From contig PWNQ01000205.1 of assembly GCA_003557725.1 (NCBI GenBank), forward strand, positions 1-45,023: a DNA stretch of 45,023 nucleotides, in the 5' to 3' direction. The notes beneath the pieces are model-generated. The model saw only the letters and a list, made by a program, of their open reading frames with translations, was not told where the DNA came from and searched no databases. Source of the stretch: Bacteroidales bacterium (GTDB taxonomy: Bacteria; Bacteroidota; Bacteroidia; Bacteroidales; PWNQ01). Below, one piece after another: positions 37,883-45,023 of this stretch (its first letter is position 1; each line of letters begins with the position of its first letter). The position numbers were made by a program, and so were the translations under genes.

Positions 37883-39529
37883 ATGTTTATGTTTCATAGG
37901 ATTTTGATACCGCTGTTGTTCACGGCCACTATTTTTTTTTCCTGCGGATATGCGCCCGCTCCCCCGGAGGGGAAGCAAGTATTCCGGTATAACCAATCTT
38001 CGGGTATATCCTCTTTAGATCCGGCATTTTCCCGCGATCAGGCCAATATCTGGGCCGTTCACCAGATGTATAACAGCTTATTGCAGTTGGATGATAACTT
38101 AAATGTGCGTCCATCCATAGCTCGCCGCTGGGAGGTTTCCCCTGAAGGCACTCTATATACGTTTTATCTGCGTGATGATGTTTACTTTCATGAGCATGAA
38201 TTATTCCATAGCAAAGAAGACCGCCGGGTCACTGCGCATGACTTTGTATACAGCTTTAACCGCCTGTTGGACCCCTCGCTGGCGGCCCCCGGAGCCTGGG
38301 TGTTTAACAATGTGAAAGAAACCCCCTCAGGATATGCCTTTAAAGCCCTTAATGATACCGTACTGCAAATAGAACTGAAAAGGCCTTTCCCCGCTTTCCC
38401 GGGAATACTCACCATGAAATACTGCTCTGTTGTTCCGGAAATAATTGTGCGCCACTACGGGGCCGACTTCCGAAACAACCCGGTGGGTACGGGGCCATTT
38501 TATTTTAAAATGTGGGAGGAGAACATCAAGCTGGTCATGTTGCGCAATCCGGATTATTTTGAAAGGGATGACCAGGGGCAACAGCTACCTTACCTGGATG
38601 CCGTATCGGTTAGCTTTATCATAGACAAGCAATCTGAATTTCTTGAATTTATTAAAGGCAACCTGGATTTCCTTTCCGGACTGGATGCCAGCTATAAAGA
38701 CGAGCTGCTCACCCGTAATGGCAACCTGAACCCCCGCTACAGGGATCGTCTGGAGCTGATCACACAGCCTTACCTTAACACGGAGTACCTGGGTATCCTG
38801 GTGAATGACTCCCTGGGAATTGTGCAAAACAGCCCCCTCAGGTACAAAAAGGTGCGGCAGGCCATCAATTACGGATTTGATCGTAAGCGAATGATGCGCT
38901 ATTTAAGGAACAATATTGGCACCCCCGCATTGTCGGGGTTTATTCCCATGGGGCTGCCTGCCTTTGATGCAGAGAAAACACAGGGGTATTCTTATAACCC
39001 GCAAAAAGCACGCCGCCTGCTCCGTGAGGCCGGATTCCCCGACGGAGAAGGAATGCCACCAATAACGCTGGTCACTACTGCTTCCTACCTGGACCTTACC
39101 ACATTTATCCAACACCAGTTGCAAGACCTGGGAATGAACGTGGCCATCGATAATACCCCGCCTGCCACACTGAGGGAGATGGTGGCCAACTCCAGAGTGA
39201 ATTTTTTCCGGGCATCATGGATAGCCGACTATCCGGATGCAGAAAACTATCTGGCATTGTTTTATTCCAAAAACTTTACCCCCGACGGACCAAACTATAC
39301 TCATTTTTATAACCCCCGGTTTGACTCCCTGTATGAAAAATCTCAAACCATAGTGAATGACTCCCTTCGCAGAGAGCTATATCGCCAGATGGACCAGTTG
39401 GTGATGGAAGAAGCACCTGTGGTGGTGCTCTACTACGACCAGGTACTGCGTTTTGTGCACAATAATATCCGGGATTTGGGAAGCAATCCCCTTAATCTGC
39501 TGACTCTTAAGAAAGTGAGGAAGATTTAA
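37883..39529 (+). CDS. ABC transporter substrate-binding lipoprotein, family 5 (OppA/DppA-like)
   Basis: lipobox FFSC; SSLDPAF, YTFYLRDDVYFH, PVGTGPF, VRQAINYGFD, WIADYPD. Confidence 0.93.
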   Translation: MFMFHRILIPLLFTATIFFSCGYAPAPPEGKQVFRYNQSSGISSLDPAFSRDQANIWAVHQMYNSLLQLDDNLNVRPSIARRWEVSPEGTLYTFYLRDDVYFHEHELFHSKEDRRVTAHDFVYSFNRLLDPSLAAPGAWVFNNVKETPSGYAFKALNDTVLQIELKRPFPAFPGILTMKYCSVVPEIIVRHYGADFRNNPVGTGPFYFKMWEENIKLVMLRNPDYFERDDQGQQLPYLDAVSVSFIIDKQSEFLEFIKGNLDFLSGLDASYKDELLTRNGNLNPRYRDRLELITQPYLNTEYLGILVNDSLGIVQNSPLRYKKVRQAINYGFDRKRMMRYLRNNIGTPALSGFIPMGLPAFDAEKTQGYSYNPQKARRLLREAGFPDGEGMPPITLVTTASYLDLTTFIQHQLQDLGMNVAIDNTPPATLREMVANSRVNFFRASWIADYPDAENYLALFYSKNFTPDGPNYTHFYNPRFDSLYEKSQTIVNDSLRRELYRQMDQLVMEEAPVVVLYYDQVLRFVHNNIRDLGSNPLNLLTLKKVRKI

Positions 39530-39559
39530 TTCCGCCCCGCCGGACCCGGCAGTTGACAA
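39528..39559. repeat. motif D, short copy
   Basis: aattccgccccgccggacccggcagttgacaa; matches 14716-14778 without its internal segment. Confidence 0.7.
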
Positions 39560-39567
39560 TTATGTCT

Positions 39568-41595
39568 CTACATTATTTCCATTTGTTTTTCCAGCGCCAT
39601 TAGTTCATCGCGGTAGTGAGCTGCATCCATAAAGTTCAGTTCTTTTACGGCTACTTTCATTTTTCTGGCGGCTTCTTTAGCAGCTTTTTCCAGTTGTTTC
39701 CGGTTCATGCTTTGCATGATGGGGTCTTCGGCCACCAGGTTATTTTTTTCCGGTTCCACATAGGGATTTCTTTCTTCTCCGCGGGCGTCGATCGCGGTAG
39801 TTTGTCCCAGGATATGACTTTCAGATTTTTTCAGTGGGTGTGGGGTGATATTATGTTTCTCATTATATGCCAGTTGTTTTTCTCTTCTGCGGTCTGTTTC
39901 TTCCAGGGTTCGTTTCATGGAGTTAGTAACTTTATCGGCATACATGATCACTTTAGAGTTCATATTTCGTGCGGCTCGTCCTGCGGTTTGTGTAAGAGAG
40001 GTTTCAGATCGCAGGAATCCTTCTTTATCCGCATCCAGGATAGCCACCAGTGCTACTTCGGGCAGGTCCAGTCCTTCTCTGAGCAGGTTTACTCCCACCA
40101 GCACGTCAAATTCTCCGGTTCTCAGTCCCCTCAATATTTCCACTCTTTCCAGGGTATCCACGTCCGAGTGGATGTATCGTGTTTTCACGTTAACATCGGA
40201 CAGGTAGCGTGTTAGCTCTTCGGCCATTCGTTTAGTGAGGGTAGTTACCAGCACTCTTTCTTTCCGTTCCACCACCTGTTGCACTTCTTCCAGCAGGTCA
40301 TCGATCTGGTTTAGTGTTGGTTTCACCATCACCGGTGGTTCCAGCAGGCCGGTGGGTCTCACCACCTGTTCCACCAGTACGCCTTGGGCTTGTTGCAGTT
40401 CATATTTTCCTGGGGTTGCGCTCACATATACCACCTGGTTAACCACGTGATTAAATTCTTCAAACTTCAGGGGTCGGTTATCCAGTGCTGCCGGCAGGCG
40501 AAAGCCATATTCCACCAGGTTTTCTTTCCGGCTGCGGTCACCACCGTACATGGCGTGCAGTTGGGGGATGGTCACGTGGCTTTCATCGATCACCGTAAGG
40601 AAGTCCCGGGGAAAATAATCCAGCAGGCAGAAGGGTCTGGTGCCGGGTTTTCGTCCGTCAAAATAGCGTGAATAGTTTTCTATACCGCTGCAATAGCCTA
40701 GTTCTCTCATCATTTCCACATCGTAAGTGACCCGGTCGCTAAGCCTTCGTGCCTCCTGGCTTCTGCCGGTGGCTTCCATGTGGCGCACTTGTTGTCCCAG
40801 GTCCAGTTGTATTTGTTCCAGGGCCTGGTTCATTCGTTCCTGGGAGGTGACGAAGATATTGGCGGGATAGATGGTCACCTCGTCCACGCGTTCCAGCACC
40901 TTTCCTGTTTCCGGGATAATCACTTCCAGGGCCTCCAGTTCATCGTCCCAAAACAACAGCCGGTAAGCATATTCATCTGAATAAGCAGGATAAACCTCTG
41001 TAGTATCGCCGGCAACCCGGAAGGTTCCCCGGGTAAACTCTCCGGTAGTTCGGCTGTACAGGCTGGTAACCAAACGGTGTAGAAGTTTGTTACGGGAAAT
41101 GACCTGTCCGGTTTGGAGTGTGATCACGTTTTTATTAAACTCATCCGGGTTGCCAATACCATAGATACATGATACCGAAGATACTACCAGCACATCGCGC
41201 CGGCCTGACAGCAGGGAAGAGGTGGTGCTGAGACGTAGTTTTTCAATCTCGTCATTGATGGATAAGTCCTTTTCAATGTAAGTATTGGTTACCGGTATAT
41301 AGGCTTCTGGCTGGTAATAGTCATAGTAGGAAACAAAATATTCCACGGCATTATGGGGAAAAAACTGTTTAAATTCGCCGTAAAGCTGCGCTGCCAGGGT
41401 TTTATTATGGCTCAGCACCAAGGTGGGCCTTTGTATTTGTTCCACCACATTGGCCATGGTAAAGGTTTTTCCTGATCCGGTAACGCCCAGTAATACCTGG
41501 CGGGAGTCACCGCGAAGCACTCCGTCAATCAACGCTTTAATGGCTTCAGGCTGGTCTCCGGTAGGCTTAAAGGGAGATATGAGCTTAAAATCCAT
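39568..41595 (-). CDS. uvrB: excinuclease ABC subunit B
   Basis: PTGDQPEAI, GVTGSGKT, YYDYYQPEAY, DESH, NLLREGLDLPEV, GRAARN, C-terminal UVR domain. Confidence 0.98.
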   Translation of the reverse strand: MDFKLISPFKPTGDQPEAIKALIDGVLRGDSRQVLLGVTGSGKTFTMANVVEQIQRPTLVLSHNKTLAAQLYGEFKQFFPHNAVEYFVSYYDYYQPEAYIPVTNTYIEKDLSINDEIEKLRLSTTSSLLSGRRDVLVVSSVSCIYGIGNPDEFNKNVITLQTGQVISRNKLLHRLVTSLYSRTTGEFTRGTFRVAGDTTEVYPAYSDEYAYRLLFWDDELEALEVIIPETGKVLERVDEVTIYPANIFVTSQERMNQALEQIQLDLGQQVRHMEATGRSQEARRLSDRVTYDVEMMRELGYCSGIENYSRYFDGRKPGTRPFCLLDYFPRDFLTVIDESHVTIPQLHAMYGGDRSRKENLVEYGFRLPAALDNRPLKFEEFNHVVNQVVYVSATPGKYELQQAQGVLVEQVVRPTGLLEPPVMVKPTLNQIDDLLEEVQQVVERKERVLVTTLTKRMAEELTRYLSDVNVKTRYIHSDVDTLERVEILRGLRTGEFDVLVGVNLLREGLDLPEVALVAILDADKEGFLRSETSLTQTAGRAARNMNSKVIMYADKVTNSMKRTLEETDRRREKQLAYNEKHNITPHPLKKSESHILGQTTAIDARGEERNPYVEPEKNNLVAEDPIMQSMNRKQLEKAAKEAARKMKVAVKELNFMDAAHYRDELMALEKQMEIM

Positions 41596-41598
41596 ATA

Positions 41599-42735
41599 TT
41601 ATTCCTTTTGCTTTAAATGGGTGCGTACAGGGTAGTGGTCCGAGTATTTTTGTTTTACAATTTCTGTGTTAGCTGCTCTAAAATGATGATCATGAAAAAT
41701 ATAATCGATCCGAAAGGAGGGGAAATTTCCCTGGTAGGTGTATATTTTCCCTCCGGATCGTTTCCTGTAGCTGTCGGTAAGCAAGGCATTCATCCGGCTA
41801 TAGGCATAACTGGACGGAGTGTCATTGAGGTCACCGGCTACAACGACCGGATAGGGAGATTCACGGATATGGCTTTCCAAAATATGTATCTGCCTGGAAC
41901 GACGTTGAAAGGCATACTTAAGCTTACGGGTAAGGCTCATGGTCTTGGCTTTTACCCGGCTCTGATAGTCCTTGTCACCAAAATTGGGGGAGGCAGTAAA
42001 CAAAAACTCCTCTTCACTAAGGTTATTCGACTGAAGGTGGATACTATAAACCCGTATGGTATCTCTGGGAAGTTTAATATCGGCATAAACAAAGAACGTT
42101 CGCTCCCTGCCCTGGTAGTCTGCTTGCTCAAAGCCGTGTCTCACAATAGGGTATCGAGAAAAAATGCCGATACCCTGCGATTTTTTAAAGGTGTTATAGT
42201 ATTTCTTCAGATAATAATGGGGTGTCCCGGCGGTATCTATGATCATTTGGCGGATCTGACGCTCCACGCTATCATAGGCCAAATGTTCCTGGATACAAAG
42301 GATATCAGGTTGTTCATTGTGAAAAAATGAAAGGAAGTGATGGGTAAAGGGATTATGATGGTCATCCTTCCATTCTCGTCGTTCATATGCACTCACATTA
42401 TAGGATATCACCTTCAGGTATGTTTTGGTATTGCTGTCTTCGACGGGGCTGTTCCATCGTACATACCGGGTCATAAGTTGGGCTCCGGGCAGCAGTATTA
42501 GTATGGGCAGCAGGGCCAGTGGTTTTTTAACCAGTATCCAGTAGGGGATAAAAGCCATGTTCAAAAGGGCCAGGGGGGGAAAAAGCAGTCCCATAAACGC
42601 CAGGGGCCAGAATCGTTCCGGGGATATCCATGAGGCGCTGTACGACAGCAATAGGGCCATTGCGGCCAGCAAATTGCCCAACAGCACCAGCCGGTTAAAC
42701 AGGGAAAGCTTTTTACTGGTCTTAATGGTATTCAC
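41599..42735 (-). CDS. membrane-anchored endonuclease/exonuclease/phosphatase (EEP) family protein
   Basis: N-terminal TM helices; ISYNV, DILCIQE, HLQS, AGDLND, RIDYIF, SDHYPV; GTG start. Confidence 0.92.
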   Translation of the reverse strand: MNTIKTSKKLSLFNRLVLLGNLLAAMALLLSYSASWISPERFWPLAFMGLLFPPLALLNMAFIPYWILVKKPLALLPILILLPGAQLMTRYVRWNSPVEDSNTKTYLKVISYNVSAYERREWKDDHHNPFTHHFLSFFHNEQPDILCIQEHLAYDSVERQIRQMIIDTAGTPHYYLKKYYNTFKKSQGIGIFSRYPIVRHGFEQADYQGRERTFFVYADIKLPRDTIRVYSIHLQSNNLSEEEFLFTASPNFGDKDYQSRVKAKTMSLTRKLKYAFQRRSRQIHILESHIRESPYPVVVAGDLNDTPSSYAYSRMNALLTDSYRKRSGGKIYTYQGNFPSFRIDYIFHDHHFRAANTEIVKQKYSDHYPVRTHLKQKE

Positions 42736-42739
42736 TGCA

Positions 42740-43502
42740 TTACTCTTTACTTTGTTTAAACAGAAATTCTTTTTCTTCTTTGGTTAGGCTATCATATCCG
42801 GACCTGGATATTTTATCCAGGATAATGTCCGTTCTTTTTTTGTTTTTCCACTTTTATGCGGTTATATTCCTGGTCATCGGCGGGTGGTGTTTTATGCTGG
42901 CTTCGTCCGCCTTTTTTGGCTTTCATTTTGCTTTTAGAGCTGGTATAAAGCCAACTAAAGATCTTATGGGTTTCATATCCTTTTTGTCTCAGGTAGATAA
43001 AGGCAAATCCTGCGGCAGCCCCCATCAGGTGAGCAAAGTGCGCCACCCCGGTTCCTGTGGCTTGTGCGTCGGCATCCCGGCTAAATACGTTAAGGACAAT
43101 CAGTCCAATGGCCAGATATTTATAGGGGAATGGGCCCAGCACAAACAGGCGCATGGGTGCATTGGGCATATAGGTTGCACTGGCGGCGATCAGGGCCATA
43201 ACCCCGCCGGCAAGAGAGGCCACCACCAGTCCATCCCAGGGAAAGATGGGGAGCTGAGAGGCGAATAAGGTGTAAACCAATGAGGTAGCAAACGTTCCCA
43301 ATAGCCAGATATGCAGATAGTCTTGCCGGCCCATATAGTCAAAAAACAACCGGCCGGAAAAAATAAGCAGCCAGCTGTAAAAGAACAAAGTAAAAAAATG
43401 GGACCCCGCCAAAGCCAGGGCAATAACATACATGCCACCAAGCCATACAGGCAGGGTATACCGCCGGTAAAAATTTTTAAGATCAAAACCACCTTGTCTC
43501 AT
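42740..43502 (-). pseudogene. degenerate rhomboid-family protein with +1 frameshift in an A7 tract before its C-terminal (DUF6576-like) tail
   Basis: ORF 42813-43502 ends KQKKNGHYPG*; removing one T from 42835-42841 gives QKRTDIILDKISRSGYDSLTKEEKEFLFKQSKE* ending at 42740. Confidence 0.75.
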
Positions 43503-43544
43503 ATGTCTAAAAATTTTAAATTATCACAATCGCTTAATGGTATG

Positions 43545-44300
43545 CTAATAATACCCTCCGGGCGGCAGTTTATTTTTCCACAGCCTGATCATAATAAAGC
43601 CAAAGATCATTCCCCCCAGGTGGGCAAAGTGAGCTACACCGCTTCCGTGTCCTGAAGCAAACCCACTGTACAGCTCCAGGGCTCCAAGTAGAATAACCAG
43701 GTATTTGGCTTTAATGGGGAAGAGAAAGTAGATATATACGAGCATATTGGGAAAAAGCATGCCAAAGGCCAGCAATATCCCGTACACCGATCCGGAAGCC
43801 CCAACCATAGGGGTATTTATTAGCCGGTTAAGCTCAGCCATCTCCGGGTTGGTGTAGTTTTTTCCCATAAGAAGCACCTCCAGGCCTTGTTCCTGAACAG
43901 TTTCCACCATCTCAGGCGACATGCTGTTCATCAGGGAACTGAGCGCAAACTGAACGATAATAAGATGAATAATGGCCGCTCCCAGTCCACAAACCACATA
44001 AAAAATAAGGAATCGCTGCGAACCCCATACCCGTTCAAGCATTACCCCAAACATCCATAAAGCAAACATATTGAAAAATATATGAGCTAAATTGGCATGC
44101 ATAAACATATAAGTAATAAACTGATAGGGGCTAAAGTTTTGGGATGCAGGGTTAAATAGGGCCAAATACTGGGTAATATCCCAGCGGAAAGCCTGGGCAA
44201 AGGCCATGGTAGCCAGGAAAAACAACCCGTTGATGATCAACAGGTGCTTAACAACGGGCGATAAATATGAAAAGCCCCGGGGGCTGTAGGATCCGTTCAT
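43545..44300 (-). CDS. rhomboid family intramembrane serine protease
   Basis: YMFMHANLAHIFFNMFALW, GASG (Ser), AHFAHLGG (His). Confidence 0.95.
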   Translation of the reverse strand: MNGSYSPRGFSYLSPVVKHLLIINGLFFLATMAFAQAFRWDITQYLALFNPASQNFSPYQFITYMFMHANLAHIFFNMFALWMFGVMLERVWGSQRFLIFYVVCGLGAAIIHLIIVQFALSSLMNSMSPEMVETVQEQGLEVLLMGKNYTNPEMAELNRLINTPMVGASGSVYGILLAFGMLFPNMLVYIYFLFPIKAKYLVILLGALELYSGFASGHGSGVAHFAHLGGMIFGFIMIRLWKNKLPPGGYY

Positions 44301-44384
44301 AATAGAATAGCTTATTGTAATGAATAATACATTATATGTTATGGTTGATATATGCTTGTGTCTGTCTGTTATTCCGGCAGTTTA

Positions 44385-45023
44385 CTACTTAAATCTTTCC
44401 TTTATTTCATCTATCCGGACCACCTGTATCACAGACTTTCCTTCCATAGAGTACTCAGGCATTTCACAAGCAAACAGGGAGTCGATAAGTGCTTTCATTT
44501 CTTCCTGTTTCAGTGGTTTGCCAGATTTTATGGCCGTTTTTCGTGCCATGGCTTTAGCCAGGTTGCTGTATCTGTCCATCCCTGCGTTCATCATTTGCGC
44601 TTTATAGTCTTCCAGCACCGATTCCATGAGGCTTTGCAGGTTTTCTTTATTAAAGTTGGCGGGGCATCCTTCAAATTCCCACGTCAGGGTTTGTTTTTGT
44701 TTGAGTCGGAATCCCATATCCTTCAATTGGGGAGCCACTTCCTGCATCAGTTCATTATCAGCGGGCGACAGGGTGACCGTTTCGGGAAATATCAGGCTTT
44801 GCGAGCTGCCATCGCCTTTTTTCAGTCGGTGTAAAAAGTGTTCATAGAGCACCCTTTCATGAGCTCTTTGCTGGTGGATAAGCATAAGTCCTGACTTGAT
44901 ATTGCTGGCAATATACTCACCATGAAGCTGCAAAAAATACGCCTTTTCATTTTCATTCTCTTTAGTTATCAAGGTATTGTCTATGGGTTGGCTTTGGGGT
45001 TCTCCGGGAGATGGGCTATTATA
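44385..45023 (-). CDS. mutL: DNA mismatch repair protein MutL, C-terminal part (5' partial)
   Basis: LIHQQRAHERVLYE endonuclease motif, SQSLIFP, AIKSG..L..EEM..LID.LFAC; frame open to the window end. Confidence 0.93.
   Translation of the reverse strand, partial: YNSPSPGEPQSQPIDNTLITKENENEKAYFLQLHGEYIASNIKSGLMLIHQQRAHERVLYEHFLHRLKKGDGSSQSLIFPETVTLSPADNELMQEVAPQLKDMGFRLKQKQTLTWEFEGCPANFNKENLQSLMESVLEDYKAQMMNAGMDRYSNLAKAMARKTAIKSGKPLKQEEMKALIDSLFACEMPEYSMEGKSVIQVVRIDEIKERFK

Noticed and set aside
37883-39529. Orphan substrate-binding protein without permease genes as a novelty
   Set aside because: Dispersed ABC transporter components are common in Bacteroidota.

Overview
A 45-kb chromosomal window from a member of the Bacteroidota, probably Bacteroidales/Marinilabiliales-like. 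The assignment rests on TAnnTTTG -7 promoter boxes, T9SS C-terminal domains, a feoA-feoB fusion, and the ndk/nrnA/FKBP and mutL-rhomboid-rhomboid-EEP gene orders. Most genes are housekeeping or envelope functions: a PEP-synthase-like protein, ybaB/ebfC, tricorn protease, an RND efflux operon, feoAB, htpG, prolyl oligopeptidase, an XRE regulator, ndk, nrnA, three FKBP PPIases, a KamA-like radical SAM enzyme, a peptide-binding lipoprotein, uvrB, two rhomboids and mutL. One accessory block (29.0-34.3 kb) encodes secreted or surface proteins. I found no tRNA, rRNA, CRISPR array, transposase, integrase or reverse transcriptase. The most notable signals are: (1) a ~74-bp MITE/REP-like hairpin element in 5 copies with compensatory stem changes; (2) a ~100-240-bp composite repeat in 3 copies, two of which directly flank a four-gene module and end in an ATGAAA start; (3) CTD-less CLec-fold proteins each lying next to a small T9SS-CTD protein; (4) local A/C-to-G/T strand-skew switches centred mostly on repeat-bearing intergenic loci; (5) a TTACA-N2-TGTAA operator array around the XRE gene; (6) a homopolymer frameshift in a degenerate second rhomboid. 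Family assignments come from motif recognition only, with no database searches.
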